This document shows, piece after piece, positions 21,982-31,685 of a stretch of DNA of 64,000 bases. The first letter of the stretch is position 1. Every line of letters starts with the position of its first letter. Where the stretch lies: the NCBI GenBank assembly GCA_019653755.1, contig BPCL01000004.1, forward strand, positions 5,524 through 69,523. Direction: 5' to 3'. The notes beneath the pieces are model-generated. The model was given only the letters and a program-made list of their open reading frames with translations. It had not been told where the DNA came from and did not search any database. A program made the translations under genes and the position numbers. The stretch comes from Woeseia sp. Its GTDB lineage: Bacteria; Pseudomonadota; Gammaproteobacteria; Steroidobacterales; UBA11654.

Positions 21982-22383
21982 TTATTTTTCTTTCGCAGAT
22001 AGGGAAACTTTGGAAATACCGCCAAGGCGAATCTGATCCATAATATCTATAACCAATCCTGTCGATGCTAATTCATCGGCAACAATTACTACGCTGCTTT
22101 CAGGGTTTTCAGCATGAGCGGCTTCCATTAATATTCTCACTGACTCCAATTGAATCTGATTCTTATTCATCCAAATTTGATCGCTGGGAGAGATAGCTAT
22201 GAGTATATTGCCCTGTTCAGCTCTCATGGCAGTTTCAGCTTCTGGTCGATTGGGGTCAATGCCAGTCTCTTTTATGAAAGATGTGGTGACAATAAAGAAG
22301 ATTAACATGATGAAGACGATATCCATCATCGGCGTAATATTAATTTCGCTGTCTTCTTCTTCTCTTCTTCTCTTTCTAATCAT
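21982..22383 (-). CDS. exbD: Biopolymer transport protein ExbD/TolR (copy 2)
   Basis: EINITPMMDIVFIMLIFFIVTTSF TM signature. 133 aa. Confidence 0.88.
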   Translation of the reverse strand: MIRKRRREEEDSEINITPMMDIVFIMLIFFIVTTSFIKETGIDPNRPEAETAMRAEQGNILIAISPSDQIWMNKNQIQLESVRILMEAAHAENPESSVVIVADELASTGLVIDIMDQIRLGGISKVSLSAKEK

Positions 22384-22387
22384 AAAA

Positions 22388-22792
22388 TTATTTTTGAGCC
22401 GCTAGTGATACATTCCTCGCGCCGGCTAATCTTGACTGGTCAATCACCTTAACCAAGAATCCAGCATCTGCTTCTCGATCAGAAACCACAACCACTGTGG
22501 CCTGTGGTTTTAATGCAAGATTAGATTCGATATTCGCTCTCACGGCATCCAGGGTTATTAGTCGATCTTGAACAAAGATTTGCCCCTCTGCTGAGATTCT
22601 TACTGAGATAACTTCTGATTTCTTTTGCTCTTTAATTGGAGATTTTGTGGGTCGATTCACATCGATAGAGATTTCTTTGACAAATGATGTGGTGACAATA
22701 AAGAAGATTAGCATGATGAAGACAATATCAAGCATAGGCGTGATATTGATCTCACTTTCTTCTCGATTTTTTTTAAACTTTCTTCTCATCAC
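22388..22792 (-). CDS. exbD: Biopolymer transport protein ExbD/TolR (copy 1)
   Basis: EINITPMLDIVFIMLIFFIVTTSF TM signature. 134 aa. Confidence 0.88.
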   Translation of the reverse strand: MMRRKFKKNREESEINITPMLDIVFIMLIFFIVTTSFVKEISIDVNRPTKSPIKEQKKSEVISVRISAEGQIFVQDRLITLDAVRANIESNLALKPQATVVVVSDREADAGFLVKVIDQSRLAGARNVSLAAQK

Positions 22793-22795
22793 ACA

Positions 22796-23413
22796 TCAAT
22801 CGATTATTAGCTGATCAGCGATACGTGAAATTTCATCGTCAGCTTTTCGTTTTAAAAGGTTAGCAATATAGAGACCTGAGATAGCTGCCACTAAACCTGC
22901 CATTGTTGGAATTGTAGCCTGTGAAACACCGCTTGCCATAAGTCTTGCATTACCAGTGCCAAAAAATGTCATCACATCAAAAACCTTAATCATGCCCACA
23001 ACGGTTCCCAGGAGTCCCAAAAGAGGAAGAATCTGCATCATTGTTTCTATGGTCAATAAAAAGCGTTTGGTCTCAGTTGAAACTTCAGAGATCATTTGAT
23101 CTCTCATTCTCATGGAAAACCAATCCCCTTTATTATTGATTGAACCCCACTCATCAATAATCTCAAGTCGCTTCTGAGGTAATAGATATTGGAAAAACCA
23201 AAATCGCTCAATAATTAGCGTCCACATAATGATTGTAACCATAAGAATACCCCAGAGAACTGGCCCGCCAGCTTCAAAGAACTCTCTTATTTCCGGTAAA
23301 ACGATAAACAGGATAATGGCGACAATTACTGAAGATACAGCAACAATTACAGTGGTTTCCCTGCTTCTAGATTGTTGCTCAAACCAACGTGATAAATTTC
23401 TCAGAAATGACAT
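22796..23413 (-). CDS. exbB: MotA/TolQ/ExbB proton-channel protein (short ExbB)
   Basis: Three TM helices and the channel motif LPLLGLLGTVVGMIKVF...ATIPTMAGLVAAI. Confidence 0.85.
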   Translation of the reverse strand: MSFLRNLSRWFEQQSRSRETTVIVAVSSVIVAIILFIVLPEIREFFEAGGPVLWGILMVTIIMWTLIIERFWFFQYLLPQKRLEIIDEWGSINNKGDWFSMRMRDQMISEVSTETKRFLLTIETMMQILPLLGLLGTVVGMIKVFDVMTFFGTGNARLMASGVSQATIPTMAGLVAAISGLYIANLLKRKADDEISRIADQLIID

Positions 23414-23422
23414 AAAACAACA

Positions 23423-24829
23423 CTATTTTTTTCCTGCGTTTCTAGCAATAAGCCCGGCACTTTGTTCCTCTATGATTTCAATTAAAGAACCGCTCCAACT
23501 GGTCAAGACACTGTGGAGAAAAACCAAAGGTATGGCTACAATAAGGCCAAGCATAGTAGTAACCAAAGCTTGTGAAATACCACCAGCCATTAATTTAGGA
23601 TCCCCTGTTCCAAATAGAGTCAGTGCCTGAAAAGTAACAATCATACCCACCACCGTTCCTAATAATCCCAATAACGGAGCAACAGCAGCAAAGACTTTGA
23701 TGATGCTGTGATATTTTTCCAGCTTTGGTACTTCTCTTAGAATGGCTTCATCAATTTTTAGTTCGAGGGATTCTGGTTCTATGCTCTGATTCTGATCGTA
23801 AACAGATAAAATCCTTCCCAAGGAATTGTCATCAGAAATTACATCAGAGGCTAATTGTCGATTAATCGCATCGCCCTCATCTTTTAGTAGTTTTAATCGC
23901 CATCCCGACAAAGCTAAACCAAGCAATCCAATGAAGATGATTACATAACCCACAAATCCACCTTGGTTGATTCTCTCCCCAAGACCTGGAGCTTGGATAA
24001 GGAGGCCTAAGATTTGCCCTCTGCTGGGATCTACAGCCATTGCTGTATAACCTTCATCAAGATCATAGAGATCTTCAGCTAGGGATCTAAAGCGTCTCGC
24101 TGGTTGTCTAGCCAAAACCTGAAGTGATTGTGTTTCAGGTATAAATTTCAGGAAGAAGTTCTCAGTGATTGCATTAAAGACCCCTACTCTCACTATCTCT
24201 GCATCTGTGATTGACCCGCCTGGAAGAATGACTTTGCTGTTAAAACGTTCAACATTTCCAGATTTTGTCATTTCCTCGAGCATGGTAACGATTAATCCTT
24301 TCATCTGATCAATGCTCGGCAGATTTCTGGTTTCAGCTAACTCAGCTAATGACCCTTCCCTACCTGGATATTGAACTGATACAAGAGAATTTTTAACCGT
24401 TGCTATTGCTTCCCCTGCAACCTGTCTGACCACACCAAAAAGTTCACCAAAATTTCCTATTCTTATTCTTAAAGTCTCACCTATCTCTTCAAGAATCTTC
24501 TCGTTATCCTCAAATTCTTTTTGTAAACGCACACTTCGCTCTTCTTCCAGCTGCAGTCTGCGTTTTGCCTCTTCCAATAATTCTCGTTGACGGTTTCTAG
24601 CGCTCAAAAATTCTTCTTCCCTTTGATCATTAACAGCGCCAGTCCTAATGCTATCGGACTTAGTAATCTCAAGGAGCATTTCCATGGTCTGGATGTCCTT
24701 AAGTTTCTCTAATAAAACAGGATCCCCGGTTTCCTCTTCTGTCTGAGAGTCTTCTTGAGAAGAAACTTGCAGAGTAAATACCAATAAAAAAATTGATAAC
24801 CCTAGGATTTTGAGCTTCTTAAGAGTCAT
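23423..24829 (-). CDS. Large MotA/TolQ/ExbB-family protein with N-terminal periplasmic coiled-coil domain (TtpC-like)
   Basis: Signal peptide and a roughly 280-aa coiled-coil-rich domain. C-terminal channel motif APLLGLLGTVVGMIVTF...ALVTTMLGLIVAIP. Confidence 0.8.
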   Translation of the reverse strand: MTLKKLKILGLSIFLLVFTLQVSSQEDSQTEEETGDPVLLEKLKDIQTMEMLLEITKSDSIRTGAVNDQREEEFLSARNRQRELLEEAKRRLQLEEERSVRLQKEFEDNEKILEEIGETLRIRIGNFGELFGVVRQVAGEAIATVKNSLVSVQYPGREGSLAELAETRNLPSIDQMKGLIVTMLEEMTKSGNVERFNSKVILPGGSITDAEIVRVGVFNAITENFFLKFIPETQSLQVLARQPARRFRSLAEDLYDLDEGYTAMAVDPSRGQILGLLIQAPGLGERINQGGFVGYVIIFIGLLGLALSGWRLKLLKDEGDAINRQLASDVISDDNSLGRILSVYDQNQSIEPESLELKIDEAILREVPKLEKYHSIIKVFAAVAPLLGLLGTVVGMIVTFQALTLFGTGDPKLMAGGISQALVTTMLGLIVAIPLVFLHSVLTSWSGSLIEIIEEQSAGLIARNAGKK

Positions 24830-25647
24830 CGCACGGCTCCCGGAGCTTCTATCGGTAACTGAATGAGATCAGGTGTAATTTGTTTCTTTGCAATTCTCAG
24901 CCCTTCTTTAACATAGTCGGTGTATTTTCTAGGAAGATCCTCCCATTGGTTCGTTTCCTTATTCCAAAACCCGGTTTCATTCTGATCGGGTGTTTGGTAA
25001 GTCAAGGATGTCCTGCCAATCCTTAGAAAATCAACTTGTCTGGTTTCGCCATCGATATCCAAAAACCCAGTGTAGGCTTCGATATCAGACCCGAAACTCG
25101 TCTCAATCTGATAGGCATCCATAATCTGTCTGAATTTCTCAGAAACAGTTATGTCGGACTCGTCCATGATCACTCTCAGGCGTGCCACACGCTCTTTTCT
25201 CTCTTCAAGCAAGAATGGAATATCCAAATCGATAAAACGATCTAAAGTGTCTATGCTCTCGAGCATCAAGGGGACTATTCCGCGCTCTATTAGTGCAAAT
25301 TCTACAAGCTGTTGATTGATCTCAATAATTTGATTTTCCTGATCCTCTATCAATCTCTCAACATAATCATTGTAGGCAATTAATCTGTCAATTTGCTGAA
25401 GAACGACTCGATATTCTCCCAATAATTCTTGGGTTTCGACTGACAAATCTGTGATTCTTGCCTGAGAATCCTTTGAATCCATGGTGCTGTCATTCTGCAC
25501 GTAGAGACTATCGCCAAGAATTTCAACTGGATCGGGAAGAACTATCTCTTCATCGGTCTGAGATTTTAAAACGCCAGAATATGCCAATAGGATAGATACG
25601 CCTATTAAAAGGCTTACCGATAAATACTTTGCTCGAAGAATCATCAT
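24826..25647 (-). CDS. DUF3450-like periplasmic coiled-coil protein (TtpB-like)
   Basis: Signal peptide, coiled coil, and a conserved tail of the type PFLLEERKERVARL...SEKFRQIMDAYQIE...FLRIGR. It is the first gene of the TonB cluster. Confidence 0.65.
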   Translation of the reverse strand: MMILRAKYLSVSLLIGVSILLAYSGVLKSQTDEEIVLPDPVEILGDSLYVQNDSTMDSKDSQARITDLSVETQELLGEYRVVLQQIDRLIAYNDYVERLIEDQENQIIEINQQLVEFALIERGIVPLMLESIDTLDRFIDLDIPFLLEERKERVARLRVIMDESDITVSEKFRQIMDAYQIETSFGSDIEAYTGFLDIDGETRQVDFLRIGRTSLTYQTPDQNETGFWNKETNQWEDLPRKYTDYVKEGLRIAKKQITPDLIQLPIEAPGAVR

Positions 25648-25711
25648 TAAATTAAATACAAATCCTAGCTACTTTGAATATCAAGGCAAGTTATCAGATA
25701 GGTCACTGAAA

Positions 25712-26182
25712 TTAAAGTGGTTTGTCCTCAGCCTGTCTTAATGACAGCGCTAACATAATCAGTAAATAGAGAATCATATATGGAACAGCGACTTTGCCTG
25801 GAGTCACCCCTGAAGTATGTTCCGGCGCCATACCAAACAGCGGGTTTATGACCAATGGCCGAACAGCCCAAATGAAAATCCAAAGAATATACATCATCGG
25901 TATAAGATTCCGATATTTATATAAAACCACAGCATTAATGAAGCAAAAAGCAACTTGTTGAGCACCCCATAGTGAAAAGAGCATGTAAATAATTCGGTTG
26001 GGATCAGGCTCTCCTTCAAAAACGACAATAGTGGCTATCTGATGAGCAGCAAATTCAGGCTGTAAAAAATGCATGTAAGTTGAAAAAATCATCAACAAGA
26101 AGAAAGGAATCATTCCATAAAAAGCAATCGGGGAGCCCTTGTAATTATTATCAGCCTGATTTGGTATTATTCTCTGAAGCAT
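25712..26182 (-). CDS. Integral membrane protein, four predicted TM helices, family not recognised
   Basis: Long hydrophobic ORF that starts 9 nt after the ETF-QO stop. I recognise no motif. Confidence 0.5.
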   Translation of the reverse strand: MLQRIIPNQADNNYKGSPIAFYGMIPFFLLMIFSTYMHFLQPEFAAHQIATIVVFEGEPDPNRIIYMLFSLWGAQQVAFCFINAVVLYKYRNLIPMMYILWIFIWAVRPLVINPLFGMAPEHTSGVTPGKVAVPYMILYLLIMLALSLRQAEDKPL

Positions 26183-26191
26183 AATTTCTGC

Positions 26192-27838
26192 CTACATGTC
26201 CGTGTAATTTGGGCCTCCGGTACCTTCGGGACATCGCCACTGAATGTTTTGAGCGGGGTCCTTGATATCGCAGGTCTTACAGTGAATGCAATTTTGAGCA
26301 TTAATTTGGAAATAAGGCTTGCCCTCCTCTGACTCCACTACTTCATATACACCTGCTGGACAATAGAGTCGTGCTGGCTCACCGAACTCGGGTAAGTTCT
26401 TATCAATAGGAATGCTAGGGTCATCCAAGTGTAAATGACAAGGCTGATCTTCCTCATGATTGACTCCGGATAAATAAATAGACGTGGTGCGATCAAAAGT
26501 AAGGGTATTGTCAGGTTTTGGGTATTCTTTTATCTCGGCTTGATCGGTGTTTAAAAGTTTAGAGTGATCTGGTGTCGATGCCGATAAAGTAAACGGTAAT
26601 TTTCCAAAAAATATATTCTGATCTATCCATATAAATACAGATCCCAAGAGCAGTCCAAATTTTTTCTGAAAGGGTGAGAAATTTCTTGCCCCATGAAGCT
26701 CCTTAAAGACCCATGATTTTTTTAACTCTACCTCAAATTCATCAAGCTCTTCTTTCTCACTAGATTCGGTAAATGATTTTACAATGCTTTCAGCAGCAAT
26801 TAATCCTGACTTCATTGCGGTATGAGTGCCCTTAATTTTTGCCCCATTCATAAACCCTGCATCACATCCGATCATCATGCCGCCTGGAAAGGTTAATTTT
26901 GGAATAGACTGGACACCTCCTTTGTTTAGAGCTCTAGCACCATAAGAAATTCGTTCTCCATTTTCTAAAAGGCTTTTAACTGCTGAATGTGTTTTCCATC
27001 GTTGAAACTCTTCAAAAGGGCTTAAATACGGATTGATGTAGTCCAACGAGACTATTAAGCCGATAAAAATCTGATTGTTAGGAGCGTGGTAAATAAACCC
27101 TCCTCCTTCGGTTGTATTATCTAGTGGAAAACCTGCTGTGTGCATCACTAAACCTTCTGAATGTTTTTCAGGGTCTATATTCCATACCTCCTTGAAACCA
27201 ATTCCATAATGTTGGGGATCAGAGTCCTTAGCCAATGAAAACTTTTCAATGAGTTGTTTGCCAAGATTACCCCGACAGCCTTCAGAAAATATCGTTTGTT
27301 TCGCTCGAAGCTCATAACCTCTTTCAAAACTATCTTTTGGTTGTCCGTCTTTATCTAGTCCCATGTCACCTGTGATAACTCCGCATATTCTTCCCTCCTC
27401 TTCAATCACATCAACCGCAGGAAAACCAGGGAATACATTGACACCAAGATCCTCAGCTACTCTTCCAAGATACTGACACATCGAGCCTAAACTAATAATC
27501 CTGTTCCCATGATTCATCATGGTTCTTGGCATTAAGAATTTGGGGACGGAGATGCTTGACGTTTCCCCAGTAAGAAACAACATCTTGTCGTCAGTAACAG
27601 GTGTTTGTAAAAAATTATTGCCTTCATCCCAGTCGGGAAGCAATTCATCGAGTGATCGGGTTTCAATAACAGCTCCAGAGATAATATGAGCGCCTATTTC
27701 TGAGCCTTTTTCAAGCAAGCAGACACTTAAGTCTAAATTGTTCTCATTTGATAATTGCATCAAACGAATGGATGCGCTCAATCCTGCTGGGCCAGCGCCA
27801 ACAATAACCACATCAAAATCCATAGACTCCCTACTCAT
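26192..27838 (-). CDS. Electron transfer flavoprotein-ubiquinone oxidoreductase
   Basis: FAD motif DVVIVGAGPAGLS and the C-terminal 4Fe-4S domain CPAGVY...NAQNCIHCKTCDIKDP..NI.W..PEGTGGPNY. Confidence 0.92.
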   Translation of the reverse strand: MSRESMDFDVVIVGAGPAGLSASIRLMQLSNENNLDLSVCLLEKGSEIGAHIISGAVIETRSLDELLPDWDEGNNFLQTPVTDDKMLFLTGETSSISVPKFLMPRTMMNHGNRIISLGSMCQYLGRVAEDLGVNVFPGFPAVDVIEEEGRICGVITGDMGLDKDGQPKDSFERGYELRAKQTIFSEGCRGNLGKQLIEKFSLAKDSDPQHYGIGFKEVWNIDPEKHSEGLVMHTAGFPLDNTTEGGGFIYHAPNNQIFIGLIVSLDYINPYLSPFEEFQRWKTHSAVKSLLENGERISYGARALNKGGVQSIPKLTFPGGMMIGCDAGFMNGAKIKGTHTAMKSGLIAAESIVKSFTESSEKEELDEFEVELKKSWVFKELHGARNFSPFQKKFGLLLGSVFIWIDQNIFFGKLPFTLSASTPDHSKLLNTDQAEIKEYPKPDNTLTFDRTTSIYLSGVNHEEDQPCHLHLDDPSIPIDKNLPEFGEPARLYCPAGVYEVVESEEGKPYFQINAQNCIHCKTCDIKDPAQNIQWRCPEGTGGPNYTDM

Positions 27839-27923
27839 TAGTATTATTGTAACAATTTTTGTTAACGATTAAGGCTAGTCAGCGAGTTTTTTAGATTGAC
27901 CAATAAATAAACCAGCTTATTTA

Positions 27924-28376
27924 TTAATTACTATCAGGAATGAGATAAAGCGTTTCCTGTTTATCGGGTTCATAGGTAGGTGTGAAATCTCGATACTTGC
28001 TAAATGCTTCAATAATTTCCTCTATGCTCGCATTCACTTTTAATGCTTTTACTTTTTTTATCTTCAGTTCCTTAATCCCATCAAGCCTGTGATGCCCATC
28101 TATGAGGTAGTTGTCCCTGTCAATAACTAATGGACTATATGAACCACTTAGCAGTTGTTCTTTTTGTTTAGCTCTTAATTTAAAAGCTCTCACCCGTTGT
28201 GTTTGGACAGGAATAATGGATTCAGCAGAGATTAGTATTTTCTCGTATTTAAAATCACTTGAATCAAGTATCTCTTGACTTAGCTGCGGTAATTGATTTC
28301 TTTCAAAATGCTTGTCTTGAGCAAATGTTATAAGTGAAAAGAATGAGATCACTAAGATAATTGTTATTTTTTTCAT
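27924..28376 (-). CDS. Secreted ParB-like nuclease (ParB/Srx fold) domain protein
   Basis: The ATG at 28376 gives signal peptide MKKITIILVISFFSLITFA. The core reads PLVIDRDNYLIDGHHRLDGIKEL (ParBc DGHHR-type motif). Confidence 0.55.
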   Translation of the reverse strand: MKKITIILVISFFSLITFAQDKHFERNQLPQLSQEILDSSDFKYEKILISAESIIPVQTQRVRAFKLRAKQKEQLLSGSYSPLVIDRDNYLIDGHHRLDGIKELKIKKVKALKVNASIEEIIEAFSKYRDFTPTYEPDKQETLYLIPDSN

Positions 28377-28492
28377 GCAAGCGCCTCTTAAGGAATTTAA
28401 GTATATTTTATAATATAAGTTAGAAGAAAGATTAATTACATCCAAAGACATATAATCTATAATCCTAAAAAGTTTTTACATAGGAGCGCCTA

Positions 28493-29239
28493 ATGGCTGG
28501 AAAGCTTGTTCTCTGCAGGCATGGACAAAGTCAATGGAATCTTGAGAACAGATTCACGGGCTGGGTTGATGTTGATCTCACAACAAAAGGGGAAGAAGAA
28601 GCTCTAGAAGCTGGGAGTCAAATACAAGAGGCTAACTTAACGTTTGATATTGCCTATACGTCTCTCCTAAAACGAGCCACAAAAACTCTCTCCATAATTC
28701 TTGAGGAAATGGATTTAACTTGGATACCTGTAATTAAGTCCTGGGAATTGAATGAAAGGCATTATGGGGCGCTACAAGGATTATACAAATCTGAAGTCGC
28801 TAAAGAATACGGGGAAGATCAGGTAAAGATCTGGAGAAGAAGTTATGATATCCCTCCCCCAATGATGGCAGAAGATGACACTTCACACCCCAGGTTTGAT
28901 TCAAAATATGATGGGATTGATGAACTGCCAGGCTCTGAAAGTCTTAAAGACACTCTCACAAGAGTAAAGCCCTACTGGCAGGATAAAATATTGCCCGATC
29001 TGTTAGGGAATAAGGATGTCCTTGTTGTAGCCCATGGGAACAGTCTTAGATCTCTGGTAAAAATAATTGATAACATTAGCGATGAAGAGATTGTGAACCT
29101 AAATATCCCAACAGGAATACCATTGCTCTATGAATTTAATGAAAATCTTAACCCCACCTCAAAATCATTTCTCGGGGATGAAGAAACAATAAAAAAAGCT
29201 ACTGAAATGGTTGCTAAGCAAGGCAGCATAAAAAAATAA
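28493..29239 (+). CDS. gpmA: 2,3-bisphosphoglycerate-dependent phosphoglycerate mutase
   Basis: [27 protein letters not shown] and [14 protein letters not shown] Shine-Dalgarno sequence. Confidence 0.95.
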   Translation: MAGKLVLCRHGQSQWNLENRFTGWVDVDLTTKGEEEALEAGSQIQEANLTFDIAYTSLLKRATKTLSIILEEMDLTWIPVIKSWELNERHYGALQGLYKSEVAKEYGEDQVKIWRRSYDIPPPMMAEDDTSHPRFDSKYDGIDELPGSESLKDTLTRVKPYWQDKILPDLLGNKDVLVVAHGNSLRSLVKIIDNISDEEIVNLNIPTGIPLLYEFNENLNPTSKSFLGDEETIKKATEMVAKQGSIKK

Positions 29240-29757
29240 TGATCTACCAAATTGACAAGTCAAAACCTGTTTTTAATGAGACCAACTTTATTGCTCCAAA
29301 CGCGACAGTAATCGGGAATGTAATACTAGAAGAAGATGCAAGCGTTTGGTTCAATGTGGTCATTAGAGGGGACAATGATCCTATCCTTATTGGAAAAAAA
29401 AGTAATGTTCAAGATGGTTCAGTTCTTCACACTGACCCTGGGGCACCACTTAACATCGGTCAAGGTGTAACGGTAGGTCATAAGGTTATGTTGCATGGAT
29501 GCACGATCTCTAATAACAGTTTAATTGGAATAAATAGCACCATACTGAATCATGCAAAAATAAGAGAAAACTCAATTGTTGGGGCTAACTCTTTAATCAC
29601 GGAAGGAAAAGAGTTCCCTGAGAATTCATTGATTATGGGGTCTCCCGCTAAGCTAATTAGAGAGCTAACACAGCAAGAAATATTAATGATTAAAATGTCG
29701 GCTGAGAGTTATGTTCAGAATGGTAAACGATTTATGTCTTCGTTGACTGCCGTCTAA
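29239..29757 (+). CDS. Gamma-class carbonic anhydrase-like / hexapeptide-repeat protein (YrdA/PaaY-like)
   Basis: Left-handed beta-helix repeats: VWFNVVIRGD, the His ligands SVLHTD...GHKVMLHGC, and GMGS-like IMGSPAK. Confidence 0.8.
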   Translation: MIYQIDKSKPVFNETNFIAPNATVIGNVILEEDASVWFNVVIRGDNDPILIGKKSNVQDGSVLHTDPGAPLNIGQGVTVGHKVMLHGCTISNNSLIGINSTILNHAKIRENSIVGANSLITEGKEFPENSLIMGSPAKLIRELTQQEILMIKMSAESYVQNGKRFMSSLTAV

Positions 29758-30625
29758 CTCTCATTAAGCCCTCTTGAGATGTAGAGGCTATCAGAGTGCC
29801 GTCTTGTGAAAAAATCTCTGCTCTAGCAAAGCCTCTTGATCCAGAAGATCGTGTGCTTTCATATGCAAAAAGCATCCATTGGTCGATCATCATGGGTTTA
29901 TGAAACCACATGGCATGATCAAGGCTGGCCATTTGAAATCTATTTTGCATTAGATTTGTCCCATGGGGCAAAATAGCTGTTGTCAATAAATCATAATCAG
30001 AAACATAAGCCAGTAATGCTTGATGCAGACCCTCATGATCAGGCACCTTTCCATTTGCTCTGATCCAACTGTGTTTAATCGGTTCTCCGGTTTGATTGGT
30101 CAAAAATTGTGGTATTTCAACCGGTCTAACCTCGAAAGGTCTTCTTCGAGTAAGCATTCTTTTTATCCGACCAGGAAGCTGTTCTACCCACTCTGGTTTA
30201 ATAAGATCAACTAAATCTTCCAATTCGTTTGGAGGTTTTACTTCTGGCATTTTTGATTGATGCTCTAACCCATCTTCAGGCTTTTGGAATGATGCTGTCA
30301 TGTTAAATATTTGCTCGCCATGCTGCACAGCAATGATTCTTCTATTGGAAAAGCTGCCGCCGTCTCGTGCACGGTCTACTTCATAGACAATAGGTGCTTC
30401 AAAATCACCACGTCGAAGAAAATATGCGTGCAATGAATGCACAAGACGACCTTCAACTGTTCTAGAAGCTGCCATCAATGCCTGCCCGAGGACTTGCCCA
30501 CCAAACACCTGGGGGCTCCCTATATCCTGACTCTCTCCTCGAAAAATATTTTCCTCAATGACCTCAAGATCCATGAGCTCAACTAACCGCTCTATGGTTG
30601 TATCAAGGGTATTTTCTTTAGTCAT
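29732..30625 (-). CDS. tesB: Acyl-CoA thioesterase II
   Basis: Double hot-dog fold: VFGGQVLGQALMAA, SLHAYFLRRGD, LLAYVSDY, SLDHAMWFH. Confidence 0.88.
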   Translation of the reverse strand: MTKENTLDTTIERLVELMDLEVIEENIFRGESQDIGSPQVFGGQVLGQALMAASRTVEGRLVHSLHAYFLRRGDFEAPIVYEVDRARDGGSFSNRRIIAVQHGEQIFNMTASFQKPEDGLEHQSKMPEVKPPNELEDLVDLIKPEWVEQLPGRIKRMLTRRRPFEVRPVEIPQFLTNQTGEPIKHSWIRANGKVPDHEGLHQALLAYVSDYDLLTTAILPHGTNLMQNRFQMASLDHAMWFHKPMMIDQWMLFAYESTRSSGSRGFARAEIFSQDGTLIASTSQEGLMRVRRQSTKT

Positions 30626-30627
30626 GA

Positions 30628-31089
30628 TTATTTCAGATAATAGAAAGAAACTGTTTCAGCAATACAGGCCGGTTTTTCTTCACCTTCGATCTCAACCGTT
30701 GTTTGACCCATAACCTGAATTGCTCCAGATCGTTGCCTGACTCTAGCCACAATTGCTCGTGCCCTGATTCGACTATCCACTTGCACCATGTTCATAAATC
30801 GCACCTTGTTTACCCCATAATTAATTGCCCGCTCTAGATTGGTAAATTCGATAAAAGAAGCAGTCATTGCTGGAATCATTGCAAGGGTCAAGTATCCGTG
30901 CGCTATTGTTTTTGCACCAGGCATTTCTGCTGTTGCTCTCTCCTCATCGACATGAATCCACTGATGATCATGAGTAGCATCAGCAAATTGATTAATCTGT
31001 TCTTGATTTATGTCATACCAATCTGAAACACCGATTTCTTGACCTTCCAGAGCCTTTAAATCTTCAAATGATGAGATGGTGTGAGTCAT
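30628..31089 (-). CDS. MaoC-like (R)-specific enoyl-CoA hydratase / dehydratase
   Basis: FADATHDHQWIHVD and IAHGYLTLAM hot-dog motifs. The start overlaps the folE stop by 1 nt (TAATG). Confidence 0.8.
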   Translation of the reverse strand: MTHTISSFEDLKALEGQEIGVSDWYDINQEQINQFADATHDHQWIHVDEERATAEMPGAKTIAHGYLTLAMIPAMTASFIEFTNLERAINYGVNKVRFMNMVQVDSRIRARAIVARVRQRSGAIQVMGQTTVEIEGEEKPACIAETVSFYYLK

Positions 31090-31685
31090 TAACGATCAAC
31101 AGAGAGATTGCCAATAGTATTCAGGAACTCAGAACGTGTCGCATCACTGGTCCTAAAACTCCCGGTCATGGTGCTTGTGACCATGTCAACATTACTTTTA
31201 TGAACTCCTCTTGTGGTCATACAAGCGTGCCTTGCCACGATCACCACGCCGACCCCCTTGGGCTGTAGAACCTCTTCAATAGAGTTTGCAATTTGAGCTG
31301 TCATTTTCTCCTGAACCTGAAAACGCCTAGCATAAACATCAACCACTCGAGCAAGCTTACTAATTCCGACTACTCTATTAGTCGGTAGATAGGCCACATA
31401 AGCTTTACCGGTTATTAGAGCAATATGATGTTCGCAGTGTGATTCAAAATCTATTCCTCTAAGAGTGACCATTTCGTCATAATCCTCCACTTCTTGAAAA
31501 GTTCTATGGAGGTAATCATTAGGGTCCTCGTCATAGCCACTGAACCAATCTTGGTAGGCCTTTGCCACTCGTTTAGGAGTGTCGAGCATGCCCTCTCGAT
31601 CTGGATCATCACCAGCCCACTCTATTAGAGTTCTAACGGCAGCTTCTGCTTCCTGTTGTGACGGAGTCTTATCTTCTTTACTCAT
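31089..31685 (-). CDS. folE: GTP cyclohydrolase I (FolE type 1)
   Basis: FESHCEHHI, the [10 protein letters not shown] motif, and HACMTTRGV. Confidence 0.93.
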   Translation of the reverse strand: MSKEDKTPSQQEAEAAVRTLIEWAGDDPDREGMLDTPKRVAKAYQDWFSGYDEDPNDYLHRTFQEVEDYDEMVTLRGIDFESHCEHHIALITGKAYVAYLPTNRVVGISKLARVVDVYARRFQVQEKMTAQIANSIEEVLQPKGVGVVIVARHACMTTRGVHKSNVDMVTSTMTGSFRTSDATRSEFLNTIGNLSVDR

